A stretch of DNA of 64,000 nucleotides. Source: Candidatus Marinacidobacterales bacterium. Lineage in GTDB: Bacteria > Acidobacteriota > Vicinamibacteria > Marinacidobacterales > SMYC01. Numbering within the stretch: the stretch's first letter is position 1; each line of letters opens with the position of its first letter. The stretch covers positions 448,001 through 512,000 of the forward strand of contig CBDCYI010000005.1 of assembly GCA_965224085.1 (NCBI GenBank). The letters run 5' to 3'. Shown here one piece after another: positions 11,497 to 21,339 of the stretch. Under the pieces are notes generated by a model. That model saw nothing but the letters and a program-made list of their open reading frames with translations. It was not told the origin of the DNA and did not search any database. Position numbers and translations under genes: made by a program.

Positions 11497-12477
11497 TCAG
11501 TGGATGCCGATCGGGTTCAGCCGTGCGAATATCGGTCTGTGCGAATACCGAAGCCCAGCGCCGGCCAGCCTCGGAAGGAGCATTCCGGCCAGTACAATCG
11601 CCATGACCGACCACTGCTGCGAGTTCGGCACCTCGCCCAGGAGCAGAAAGGCGAACAAAAGGCTCATCGCCGGGTTGAGCAACTGACTATTGGCGATCGT
11701 CTTGACCGGGAGCATGCTGGTCGCCCGCAACCATAGGAGCTGCGCCGCCACCACCGCGAGAGCGGCGTAAGCGATCATGATCAACCAAAGCTCGCCGATA
11801 AAAGCCATCGCAAAGTGCTCGAACCCAAACAGGACTATCGCGATCGCGAAAAACACCATCGCAGAGACGAAGTTGCGAAAAAACACATAGAGCGGTACCG
11901 AGCAAAACTGCAGCACTCGCTGAGAGATGAACTCGGTCAGCGCTAAAAAAGGCGCTGCGATCAGAACGAGCAGCTCTCCCGTTTGGATGCGAAGGCCACC
12001 GTTGTTCATGACCACCAGAAAGAACACACCGACTCCGATGAGCGCGTAACCCGCGACATCGAGCTTTCGAAGTCTCGAGCCGAAGAACATCGCCGACAGT
12101 ACAACAAAAACAATGCCGTTGAATCGGGAGAGCAACACGATATTGATGACGGAGGTCTGCTCGAGCGCGGTAAATAGGAGGGCCGGATAGATGGTGGACA
12201 CCAGAGCCCCCAAAAGCAAAAGCCCGATGGTTTTCTTCGACTGCCGAGCGAGCTCGGTCGCGAGTTTCCCGGCGCCGTGGAAAATCACCATCGTCAGTCC
12301 GGCACACAGATTGCCGACGAACAAAACGTTGCAGAAAGAAATCGCTCCAGGGTAGCGAACGCCGAGCGACCCACCCATGGTGGTGAGAAGCTTGAGAAGA
12401 GCTGGCCCCAGTGCGAATAGGGCCGTAGCCGAGAACAGAAGAACCAACGCCAGACGCTTTCCACTTTGAGTCATCAT
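11497..12477 (-). CDS. DMT/EamA family transporter
   Basis: About 10 TM helices, two EamA halves, LLNPAMSLLFAFLLLGE. Confidence 0.88.
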   Translation of the reverse strand: MMTQSGKRLALVLLFSATALFALGPALLKLLTTMGGSLGVRYPGAISFCNVLFVGNLCAGLTMVIFHGAGKLATELARQSKKTIGLLLLGALVSTIYPALLFTALEQTSVINIVLLSRFNGIVFVVLSAMFFGSRLRKLDVAGYALIGVGVFFLVVMNNGGLRIQTGELLVLIAAPFLALTEFISQRVLQFCSVPLYVFFRNFVSAMVFFAIAIVLFGFEHFAMAFIGELWLIMIAYAALAVVAAQLLWLRATSMLPVKTIANSQLLNPAMSLLFAFLLLGEVPNSQQWSVMAIVLAGMLLPRLAGAGLRYSHRPIFARLNPIGIH

Positions 12478-12487
12478 CGAAACACCG

Positions 12488-12556
12488 CCGCTGAGAGCCG
12501 CTGAGAGTCGTTGAGTCGTTGAGCCGTTGAGCGGTTGAGCCGTTGAGCCGTTGAAG
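12488..12556. repeat. Intergenic short tandem repeat: 2x CCGCTGAGAG then about 6x CGTTGAGC
   Basis: Directly visible 10-bp and 8-bp units just upstream of the EamA start. Confidence 0.85.
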
Positions 12557-12627
12557 TTGACCCGCCAGGCGCCCAGAAGCCTGAGTCGAGACTTCCGGGC
12601 ACCGAGCCGGTTTCACGAGATGCGGAA

Positions 12628-13335
12628 TTAGCGCGGGATGCGCTTGAAGACGAATGTCCCGACGGGAACGCGATTTCCGTTCTGGACAAAGTCGCCGTTC
12701 GTGAGCGCTTTGGTCGCGGCTTTCGGGTTCAAGTCCTGATCGTCCGCCATGTAGCGGGTACCGGCATCTCCACCCGAATCCCAGGCGTAGACGGTGACCG
12801 CCATCGAGGAAACCCAGCGGCCATCTTGCTGCAGGCTGACGTCGGACACGCCGTAGAACCAGTCCGGGCTCGGCGCGATCATGCCTACCAAAGATACCCG
12901 CGGAAAGGTTGTCGAGACCTCGAACATCGAGCTAATGGTCGGGTGAACCGGGCCGGGGCTGGCATCGGCGAAACGGATGAGTGTCCCGACCTTGCCGCTG
13001 TGTATGGCTGATTGAATCTCTTGATCGAGAGGATCATGCTTGCCCATTTCGGACAGTCGCTCCAAACCCGGAGACGGCGTTTTTCCTTTCGCAAACAGGC
13101 TGAACGCGTCCGCGTGCGTCGCGCCGATGACGGGCGTCAGAAGCCCCTTCTTAGCGTGAGTGATTGGATAGTCCGTGGGATGCGTCGCGGGGTTCCAGGA
13201 CGGCGCAAAAGTGACCGTGTAAGCCGCTCGGTCCACGGAAGAGGCCCCATCATCCTCGGCCAGGGAAACTATCGCGCCGAGACAAACTATGGAGCCAGAA
13301 AGGGCCATTTTCGCGATCGTGCTTTTCAAATACAT
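12628..13335 (-). CDS. Secreted Spondin_N domain protein
   Basis: AGGAGG RBS; YTVTF..W..THP, IGATH, MIAPSPDWFYG, AWDSGGDAG. Confidence 0.88.
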   Translation of the reverse strand: MYLKSTIAKMALSGSIVCLGAIVSLAEDDGASSVDRAAYTVTFAPSWNPATHPTDYPITHAKKGLLTPVIGATHADAFSLFAKGKTPSPGLERLSEMGKHDPLDQEIQSAIHSGKVGTLIRFADASPGPVHPTISSMFEVSTTFPRVSLVGMIAPSPDWFYGVSDVSLQQDGRWVSSMAVTVYAWDSGGDAGTRYMADDQDLNPKAATKALTNGDFVQNGNRVPVGTFVFKRIPR

Positions 13336-13504
13336 TGAAAACCTCCTGAATTCTGTTTGTGAGAGCCCCACATTTCGCCTCGTCCGGAGCTCGTTAACGG
13401 ATTCTTAGGCTTGGATTCCCAGCTTGCCCAAAGGTTTCAGGAAATTTCATCGTGCTCTGTTTTCGAGCCAGGTGACACGTCGCTCGAATAAGCGGTCATA
13501 ATAG

Positions 13505-13533
13505 TCATCCAAGAAAGCGTACACGGCGTATCA
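13505..13533 (+). promoter_or_regulatory. Candidate ECF (SigK-like) promoter
   Basis: TCATCCAA-N11-CGGCGTATCA, repeated with identical spacing at 14944. Confidence 0.7.
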
Positions 13534-13561
13534 AGAACGAGACACTAGAAAGGGCACGTGC

Positions 13562-14143
13562 TTGAGTGAACTAGCCACATCGGCGACGTCTCCCGCTTCG
13601 GACGGGGAGCTGCTGTCCGAAGTGCGGGCCGGCTACGTCGCGTCTCTCGAAGCGCTCTATGACCGCTACGCGGGCTACGTGCACGCGCTCGCGATTCGGA
13701 TCGTCGGCAGCAGCGAGGAAGCCGAAGAGATCACCCAAGACGTGTTCTGGCAACTTTGGAAGAAGAAGCTTCTGTACGACCCCGAGCGGGGCCACTTCAG
13801 CACATGGCTCTTCGCCGTCACCCGGAACCGCGCGCTCGACCGGATTCGATCGGCGAGCCGCCGGCCGGAAACGGAGGCCCTCTCGGTCGACAAGGCTGTG
13901 CCGCCTGGCGCCAGTCCCGAGGACTCCGCGTATTTTGCCGAGCGCCGACGCCACGTCCGGCGCGCGCTCGAGGAGCTTCCGCCGGCGCAACAGCAGGCCG
14001 TCGAGCTTTGTTTCTTCCAGGGGATGACACATCGCGAGGCGGCGGCGCGCCTCGACGAACCGTTAGGCACGGTGAAGAGCCGAATCAAGATGGGCATCGA
14101 CAAACTGAAGCAGAGTCTCGCCTCTTCGGGAGAGCTCCGATGA
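13562..14143 (+). CDS. ECF RNA polymerase sigma factor (SigK-like)
   Basis: LEALYDRY, AEEITQDVF, WLFAVTRNRALD, THREAA..LDEPLGTVKSRI. Confidence 0.93.
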   Translation: MSELATSATSPASDGELLSEVRAGYVASLEALYDRYAGYVHALAIRIVGSSEEAEEITQDVFWQLWKKKLLYDPERGHFSTWLFAVTRNRALDRIRSASRRPETEALSVDKAVPPGASPEDSAYFAERRRHVRRALEELPPAQQQAVELCFFQGMTHREAAARLDEPLGTVKSRIKMGIDKLKQSLASSGELR

Positions 14144-14913
14144 AGCCACAGGACGAATACCAGGAGCTGGCGGCGCTCTACGCGCTCGGCGCTCTCGACA
14201 CGCCCGAGCGGAAAAGCTTCGAGGCTCACCTGGCGGCGGGCTGCGCGGCGTGCCAAGAGTCTCTTCGTGAAGCGCGTGACGTGTCCGACGAGCTCGCTCT
14301 GTCCATCGACCCCATCGATCCGCCGGCACGGGTTCGCGAGCGCCTCTTTTCCAGGGTGGGCAACGACCCTGTCCGGGCGGACGCCTCTCTGAATCCCTCC
14401 GGGCAAAAAAGCACGGCTCACGTCTATTGGGCAGCTCTCGCAACCGCCGCGAGCCTAGTTGTGGCAACGGGACTCTGGATTCAGACGCGTTCCCTCGCGC
14501 GCGAGCTCGATAACGAGACGTCGAACCGCCTCCTGCTCGAAGAAGAGCTGGCCCGGGTCAAGGAGATCTTCGACGCTTTGAGCTCACCGCGAAACCGAGC
14601 GGTGTCTCTCGATGCTCAGCCCGCGGCGCCCGGCGCGCGTGCGAGCGCCTTTCTCGATTCACAGAATGGACGATTGTTCCTCTATGTCGAGAACCTCGAC
14701 CCGCTCCCCGCGGGACAGACGTATCAAATCTGGCTCATCGTCGACGGTACACCCGTGAGCGCGGGTATCTTCGACGTCCAAGCGGACGGAAGCGCTCGGC
14801 TGGACGGTGAGCCGCTTCCCGGTTTCGAAGGCAACGTAACGGTGGCCGTCACCGTAGAGCCCGCGGGCGGTGTCCCGCAGCCGACGGGTCCCATGGTGCT
14901 GCTCAGCTCCTAG
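14140..14913 (+). CDS. Anti-sigma factor, RskA type with N-terminal HxxxxCxxC zinc motif
   Basis: ATG 14140 overlaps sigma stop; LAALYALGAL, HLAAGCAAC, TM, YQIW..PVSAG, AVTVEPAGG..PTGP. Confidence 0.9.
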   Translation: MKPQDEYQELAALYALGALDTPERKSFEAHLAAGCAACQESLREARDVSDELALSIDPIDPPARVRERLFSRVGNDPVRADASLNPSGQKSTAHVYWAALATAASLVVATGLWIQTRSLARELDNETSNRLLLEEELARVKEIFDALSSPRNRAVSLDAQPAAPGARASAFLDSQNGRLFLYVENLDPLPAGQTYQIWLIVDGTPVSAGIFDVQADGSARLDGEPLPGFEGNVTVAVTVEPAGGVPQPTGPMVLLSS

Positions 14914-14943
14914 CAGCTAGGACCCTCTTCCTCTCTTCATCGC

Positions 14944-14972
14944 TCATCCAAAAACGCCCCGGCGGCGTATCA
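14944..14972 (+). promoter_or_regulatory. Second copy of candidate ECF promoter, upstream of DUF4331
   Basis: TCATCCAA-N11-CGGCGTATCA. Confidence 0.7.
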
Positions 14973-15008
14973 CCAGCAAAACGTTCTTAGATGAACAAGG
15001 AGAGCTAG

Positions 15009-16607
15009 ATGAAGAATGTGAAACCAAAAACGATTGTCTTGGTCGTTGGCCTGGCCGTGGCTGCTGCCGTGGCGCGGTCTTCCAACCACCGCGAAGCTCC
15101 AATCACCGCGCTCGACCACAAGGCGGACATCACCGACGTCTATGCGTTCGTCAGCTACACCGCCGACCAAGCTCCGGAAACACCGCCTTCGAACGTCACG
15201 TTGATTATGGGGGTCGATCCGCTGCTCGAGCCCGGGAACGGCCCGAACCTCTTTCCCTTTGACCCGAACATTCTCTACGAGATTCATGTCGATAACGATC
15301 ATGACGCGCGGGCCGATGTCACCTTTCAATTTCGATTCGAGACGGAATTCCAACTTCCCGGTGTTTATACCGCCGTCGCGGGCATCGGTGACGATGGCGC
15401 CTTCGACCCCAACACCGGCACCCTCGTCGTGCCGCCACAAATTCGCGACTTCTCGAATCCCGGGCTCAACCTGCGCCAGACCTATCGCGTCACGATGTCG
15501 AAGGAAAACGGAAAGCGAACGAAAAGTAACAAGAGCAATAAGAGCAATAAGAGCGAGAAGGACAAGACCGAGCTCCGGAACGACGACGGCTCTCCCTTCT
15601 TCGTCGTGCCCGGCAATGCCGGCCCGCGAACCATGGACTACGAAGCTCTGTTCGACGCCGGTACCTATGGGCTCTCGAACGGTATTTCGTTATTTGCCGG
15701 GACCAGCGACGACGCGTTTTGGATCGATTTGGGAGCCGCTTTCGACACCGCGAACTTCCGCACTTTGTCGAGCGGTGTTCCGGGCGTGCTCACCGCGGAC
15801 GAGGATGGCGCGGCGATGAATTTTGCGAGCGACACCGTGTCGGGTTTTGCGGTGAACTCCATCGCGATAGAAGTTCCCATCGACATGCTCACGCGTACTG
15901 GCATATTGGAGCCAGCGGGCTCACCCGATGCCACGATCGGCGTCTGGACGACCACTTCTAGACGGCGCATGACGATCCGACGCTCTCCGGAAGAGGCCAA
16001 GCACAAGGGCCCGTGGCGTCAGGTCCAGAGAATGGGAAATCCGCTCATCAACGAGCTCCTCATCGGCATCGGCTCGAAGGATCGCTTCAGCATGGACGAG
16101 CCCAGAAACGACGCTCAGTTCGCGGATTTTTTTCTCGACCCGCCGATCGTGAGCATCGTAGAAGCGCTCTACGGTGGCGCGCTCGCCGTTCCGGCGGCGC
16201 CTCGCTTCGACCTCCTGCCGCTCGTAACCTATGCGCCACCCATTGCCGCTGCTGGAACCGAAGCCGGCCCAATTGCTGACTTGTTGCGCTTGAATACTGG
16301 CGTTCCCGCGACGCCATCGGCCATGGCCAGCCGGCTGGGACTGCTCGCAGGCGACGGGGCGGGCTTTCCAAACGGCCGGCGAGTCTTCGACGACGTCGTT
16401 GACATCACGCTCCGGGTGGCCATCGGCGGCGTTCTTGCCCCAGGCTTCACGGGTTTCGTTGCCGAGGTGAATGGACGTCTCGGGGACGGCGTCAACGTCA
16501 ACGACGCCGCGTACCGCGAGGCGTTTCCTTATCTCGCTTCCGCGCCCGACGGCCGCAACCGTCGCCACGTGGATCCAGGCGAGCCGGGCGGCGGTCCCAT
16601 ATCATGA
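15009..16607 (+). CDS. Secreted DUF4331 protein
   Basis: SSNHREAP, DITDVYAF, FAG..DDAFWIDL, QVQRMGNPLINE, GFPNGRR..DDVVD. Confidence 0.9.
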   Translation: MKNVKPKTIVLVVGLAVAAAVARSSNHREAPITALDHKADITDVYAFVSYTADQAPETPPSNVTLIMGVDPLLEPGNGPNLFPFDPNILYEIHVDNDHDARADVTFQFRFETEFQLPGVYTAVAGIGDDGAFDPNTGTLVVPPQIRDFSNPGLNLRQTYRVTMSKENGKRTKSNKSNKSNKSEKDKTELRNDDGSPFFVVPGNAGPRTMDYEALFDAGTYGLSNGISLFAGTSDDAFWIDLGAAFDTANFRTLSSGVPGVLTADEDGAAMNFASDTVSGFAVNSIAIEVPIDMLTRTGILEPAGSPDATIGVWTTTSRRRMTIRRSPEEAKHKGPWRQVQRMGNPLINELLIGIGSKDRFSMDEPRNDAQFADFFLDPPIVSIVEALYGGALAVPAAPRFDLLPLVTYAPPIAAAGTEAGPIADLLRLNTGVPATPSAMASRLGLLAGDGAGFPNGRRVFDDVVDITLRVAIGGVLAPGFTGFVAEVNGRLGDGVNVNDAAYREAFPYLASAPDGRNRRHVDPGEPGGGPIS

Positions 16608-17886
16608 GGAAGAGACACAAGAGAGCTCATCTTGCAATGCTGCTCGCTGTGAGCGTGGCCGCGCCGCCCGCTTTCGCCCAGTCGCCTTCGCCGGCGGAAA
16701 AGCGCATCGACGCCGCGCGGGCCAAAATCGCGAAGAGCCCGGGCGCCTCAGAAGGCTACAACGCGCTGGCGCTCGCGCTCACACGGCGTGCACGGGAGAC
16801 CGCGGACACTGAGTATTACGCAAAAGCCGAAGACGCTCTCGAGATGTCGTTCGACCTCGCCCCTGATAATTTCGCGGGGCAGAAGATCCAAGTATGGGTC
16901 TTGCTGGGCCAACACGAGTTCGAGCGCGCACTCGAGAAAGCCAAAGCCTTGAACCGTCGCGCGCCGGACGACGTCATGGTGTACGGGCTTCTCACGGATG
17001 CCCACGTCGAGCTCGGTGACTACGAGGCCGCCGAAAAGGCCGCACAGTGGATGCTCGACTTGCGACCGGGGAACTTACCCGGCGTCACGCGCGGGGCTTA
17101 CCTCCGAGAGCTCTTCGGGGATATCGACGGCGCGCTCGAATGGATGAGGCGCGCCTACGAACAGACCTACTTCAATGAGAACGAGGAGCGCGCGTGGTTG
17201 CTGACACAGGTCGCTCATCTCGAAAGGTCGAGAGGAGCAATCGGAGCGGCCGAGGAAGCCGCAGAGCACGCCCTCGAGCTCTTCCCCGACACCACTACGC
17301 GCTCGCGGAGCTCGCGCACATCCGCATGGCTCAGGGCAAGTCTGACGAAGCTGTGTCTCTTTTCGAAGCGCGCTACCGCGTTGCGCCCCACCCGGAGAAC
17401 CTCTACGACGTGGCGAAAGCCAAACGCCGCGCGGGACGAGGCACTGAGGCCGAGGCCGCCGACCTCTTTTCCGAGTTCGAGCGACTTGCTTTGATGGAGT
17501 CCGAGGCCAACGACAATGCCAACCGGGAGCTCGTCTTCTACTATGCAGATGTAGCAAACGAGACATCCCGAGCGCTTGGAATCGCACGTACGGCGTCGGG
17601 GCGCCGCCGGGACGTCTTCACTCTCGATGCCTATGCTTGGGCGCTTTTCCGCGCGGGAAACTCCTAGGAAGCGTGGGAACAGATGGAGACCGCACTCGCG
17701 CCCGGGATAAAGGACGCGAAGTTCTTGTATCACGCAGGATGTATCCGCGCGGCGCTTGCGGATTCAGAGAGAGCAACAGGTTACTGGGAGCGCTCACTTC
17801 GGCTCGACCCCTATTCGGAGGTGGCCGCAGCCGCGAGGCAAGCCCTCGCTACGCTCACCGATCACGGGGCGACGGAAGGCAGCTAG
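16604..17886 (+). pseudogene. TPR protein (usual DUF4331 partner) with frameshift near 17290 and in-frame TAG at 17665
   Basis: ORF pieces 16604..17494, 17194..17667 and 17683..17886 join into one TPR protein (LDAYAWALF..FLYHAG). Confidence 0.8.
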
Positions 17887-17960
17887 ATTCCCATTGCGGC
17901 GGCGCGGATCGATGGGACGCTCCGCGTCGCCGATACGTCGGTCATGCATGACGTGCCTTC

Positions 17961-18545
17961 TCAAGGCTGAACGTTGATGAGAAAGTCCGCCTCGAGCACT
18001 GCGGAGCTTGTGCCGAGCTCGATATTCTGGAGACTCAACGTGTCGAGGCTCACGCGCCCCGCCCCGAGCGTCGTGAGCTCGGCGAAGTAGCTCTCGATGT
18101 AAGTCTTCGCCCGGATCTTCATTTGCGGAGCGAGCTGGCGCTCGATGAGCTTCGAGAACACGTCGAAGAGCTTGTGCTCAGCTTCGAATCTCAGTTCGTC
18201 GAGAAAGAGCTCTCCGTTCCCATAACTCGGAACGCCGCTCACGACGATGTCGAAATTGTCTCCGGGCCCAACGCACTTGCTCGCCACTTCTTTACCCGCG
18301 CGTGCCGCGAAAAGAAATCGTATCTGGAGCCGCTCCCCGACCGCGCTGACCCTGGGCTCCTGGATGAACGCATAAGCGCATGTGTCCTCCGGACCTCCCT
18401 GGAGATAGCGCCGGCCACCTTCGGTCAAAAACGTCGTCGTGAGGATCCGTTCGACGGACGCGTAGGCCACGTCGAGCTTGGCCGCCGCGCCCGCCACTTG
18501 GGCGGGGACGAGAAAAAGTAGAAACACCGTTCTGAACGCTTTCAT
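17961..18545 (-). CDS. Exported hypothetical protein
   Basis: Signal peptide, two Cys, coding-like composition. Confidence 0.65.
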   Translation of the reverse strand: MKAFRTVFLLFLVPAQVAGAAAKLDVAYASVERILTTTFLTEGGRRYLQGGPEDTCAYAFIQEPRVSAVGERLQIRFLFAARAGKEVASKCVGPGDNFDIVVSGVPSYGNGELFLDELRFEAEHKLFDVFSKLIERQLAPQMKIRAKTYIESYFAELTTLGAGRVSLDTLSLQNIELGTSSAVLEADFLINVQP

Positions 18546-18743
18546 TCTGCCACCGTTCCTTACTGGATGCGGCGTGCATCATACCAATGAGCGAACGCAA
18601 ATCGTTACCTGTCCTCTTGCTTACCCCGCCGCCTGGAACGTATCGCAAAGTATCGCCTCCAGACGAGCAAATCGGCGAGGACGTTCGGCACGAAGTTTTT
18701 CGTCATAGCTCAGACCTGAACGGTCACCTCGAGCGAGAGCGCG

Positions 18744-20339
18744 TTAGGGCTCGACAGCCCGAAAACGGACGCGCTCGCCCGGTAGAAGCTGCGCGAGCTT
18801 CGCGACGTCTTCGCCGACCACAGTGGCGATCTTCGGATAGCCGCCCGTCGTGGCGTGGTCGGCCAGCATCACGATGGGAAGGCCGTTCGGGGGCACTTGG
18901 ACGGCGCCCAGCATCATCCCGTCGGAAATGATCTCCCGAGCGTCTTTGTGCTCGAGCGCCGGCCCTTCCAACCGATAGCCCATGCGGTCCGAGAGGGGCC
19001 CAACCATGTACACCGATGTCACGAGCGTCGTGCGTCCTTCGTCGGTGAAATAGTTGTCTTGCGGACCCCAGACGATGCGGAGCGTGACGTCGCCTTCGCT
19101 CGTCTCGGGCTGCCCATGCAAGGACGAGACACGGCCAACGGCGATTTCTTTGGATTCCAAAAGCGTTAGGCCATCGCCCGCTTGGAGCGCGCGGCCTTCA
19201 AAGCCGCCCATCTCGGCAATTACGTAGGTGGAGCGCGAGCCGAGAACGGGTGGAACGTCGATCCCGCCCGCGAACGCAACGTAGGCGCGCGCACCCGAGC
19301 GCCGGCCTTCGAACGTCAAGACGTTGCCTGGACGGAGCCGAAACGAGCTCCAGGGCGGCACGCGCCAACGGCCGAGGTCGCGGCGTTCGACGACCGCGAC
19401 CAAGTCGGCGCCCGTCACCGAAGCGATCGTCGTTCTGAGGCAACGGAGCCTCGGCCCGCTCACGGTGCATTCGAGTGCGGCCGCCCCTAGCTCGTTCCCC
19501 ACGAGCCGATTCGCCGCGCGAAGCGCGGGAGCGTCGACCGCACCCGCGACCGGGACACCGTAGCGCTGGTAGCCGATGCGGCCGAGGTCCTGCACCGTCG
19601 TTAAGAGGCCACCGTCTTCAACCGTAAGACTCGGGCTCGTCGTCGGCACTTTCGGATTCGGGGCCGATGGGGGCTCGTATGCCGGAAGCCTTTTAACAGG
19701 CACGAAGCGAACGCGGTCGCCCGGAAGAAAGCGGCTCGGAGGATCAGAAGCGATGTCGAACATCGTTCGGTGCTCCGCCCGGCCGAGAAGATGCCATCCG
19801 CCTGGCGTCGACTGCGGATAGATGCCCGTTTGTCCCATCGCGGTCGCCACCGCGCCCGCTGGCACGCGCGTGCGCGGCGAGCTGCGGCGTCCGAGCGCGA
19901 GCTTCTCGTCCGTCATTCCCATATAGGCGAAGCCAGGCGTGAACCCGACGACGTAGACGAGGTACTCCGTCCCACTGTGAAGCCGTATGACGTTGTTCTT
20001 CGTGACGCCGGCGAGCCGCGCGACGTCATCGAGATCCTCTCCGTCGTAAACAGTGGGAACTTCGTGCGATCGCGTCGGCGGTCGCGTAGTCGAGGCCTCG
20101 AGTTTCTTCGCTAGGTTTTGGACGTGCGCCCTTATGCCTTCGAAGCTCGCCGTCGGCGGCTCGTAGAACACGAGCAACGAGCGGTAGGTCGGTATGGCCT
20201 CGATGTAGCCATCGAAGGGCGCGTCGAGAATCGCTTGGTCGAGCGCGCGGACATATTCGTTCAAGTCGGGGTCGATGGCGTTTCCGAGCTCGATCACAAC
20301 GGCAGCGTCACCGGCCCGAAGAAAACGAAGCTCGCTCAT
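18744..20339 (-). CDS. pxpB: 5-oxoprolinase PxpB-PxpC fusion (KipI/KipA-like)
   Basis: VGFTPGFAYMG, RTRVPAGAV, YPQSTPGGWHLLG; TTVQDLGR, SDRMGYRL, TTGGYPKIA. Confidence 0.92.
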   Translation of the reverse strand: MSELRFLRAGDAAVVIELGNAIDPDLNEYVRALDQAILDAPFDGYIEAIPTYRSLLVFYEPPTASFEGIRAHVQNLAKKLEASTTRPPTRSHEVPTVYDGEDLDDVARLAGVTKNNVIRLHSGTEYLVYVVGFTPGFAYMGMTDEKLALGRRSSPRTRVPAGAVATAMGQTGIYPQSTPGGWHLLGRAEHRTMFDIASDPPSRFLPGDRVRFVPVKRLPAYEPPSAPNPKVPTTSPSLTVEDGGLLTTVQDLGRIGYQRYGVPVAGAVDAPALRAANRLVGNELGAAALECTVSGPRLRCLRTTIASVTGADLVAVVERRDLGRWRVPPWSSFRLRPGNVLTFEGRRSGARAYVAFAGGIDVPPVLGSRSTYVIAEMGGFEGRALQAGDGLTLLESKEIAVGRVSSLHGQPETSEGDVTLRIVWGPQDNYFTDEGRTTLVTSVYMVGPLSDRMGYRLEGPALEHKDAREIISDGMMLGAVQVPPNGLPIVMLADHATTGGYPKIATVVGEDVAKLAQLLPGERVRFRAVEP

Positions 20340-20396
20340 CCCCTCACCGACTTAGTGTCCTGTACAAGTGAATTCGCACTGGGGAGACGCGCAACA

Positions 20397-21158
20397 TCAC
20401 CCGACAGAGCGGACGTCGACGCCGCTCTTCCTAAGAGCGCGCCGCACGATCCTCGCATTATCGAGCGCGGCTGGGTTGTCGCCGTGAAGGCAAAGCGTCT
20501 CCGCGTCGAGCGGCACCACCGTGCCGTCGTGCGCGGTGACTTGCTTTTCCGCTGCAATCGACACGGCTTGAGCGGCGGCCTGTTCGGGATCGGTGATGAC
20601 GGAGCCTTCGATCTTTCGCGATTGCAGCGTCCCGTCCGGGTTGTAGACGCGGTCGGCAAAGGCTTCGCCTGCATAGCGGAGCCCATTCGACTCGGCCGCC
20701 GCGCGCATCACCGCAGACCCCGCGAGGCCGACGAAGATGAGGTCACGGCTTACGCGCGCCACGCCGCGCGTGATAGCACCGGAGAGCTCTTCGTTGGCCA
20801 CGGCTTGGTTATAGAGCGCGCCGTGCGGTTTGACGTGGACGAGCGGCACGCCGTGCGCTTTCGCGAAGGCAAGAACGGCTCCCACTTGATAGACGATATC
20901 GGATTCCACGTCATCCGGGCTCGCATCCACGTTCCGCCGCCCAAACCCTCGGAGGTCGTGGTGGCTCGGATGAGCGCCCACGGCGACGCCGTGTTTCACG
21001 GCGAGACCGACGGTGCGGTCGATGATGCTCGGGTCGCCCGCGTGAAAGCCGCAGGCCACGTTGGCCGACGTTACGAGGTCGAGCATCGCGTCGTCATCGG
21101 CGCCGATGCGGTAGATGCCGAAGCTCTCCCCCATATCGCAGTTCAGATCGATGTGCAT
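20397..21158 (-). CDS. pxpA: 5-oxoprolinase subunit A (LamB/YcsF)
   Basis: MHIDLNCDMGESFG, NVACGFHAGDP, HVKPHGALYN, EAFADR, LCLHGD. Confidence 0.95.
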   Translation of the reverse strand: MHIDLNCDMGESFGIYRIGADDDAMLDLVTSANVACGFHAGDPSIIDRTVGLAVKHGVAVGAHPSHHDLRGFGRRNVDASPDDVESDIVYQVGAVLAFAKAHGVPLVHVKPHGALYNQAVANEELSGAITRGVARVSRDLIFVGLAGSAVMRAAAESNGLRYAGEAFADRVYNPDGTLQSRKIEGSVITDPEQAAAQAVSIAAEKQVTAHDGTVVPLDAETLCLHGDNPAALDNARIVRRALRKSGVDVRSVG

Positions 21159-21339
21159 GCCAGCGATTGTATCCCTTCGCTTTCGCGCGCCGAAAGCGCT
21201 AAAATTGCTCTCCCATGGGTAAAGGCGATCGAAGAACCAAGCGCGGCAAGATCTTCCAAAGCAGCAACGGCAAGACCCGGCCCAAGCCGAAGAAGAAGAA
21301 AAAGACCTCCGCCGCACCGACCACTGGGAAAAAAGAAGG

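Noticed and set aside
12488-12556. Tandem repeat as CRISPR array
   Set aside because: 8-10 bp units without spacers; no cas genes
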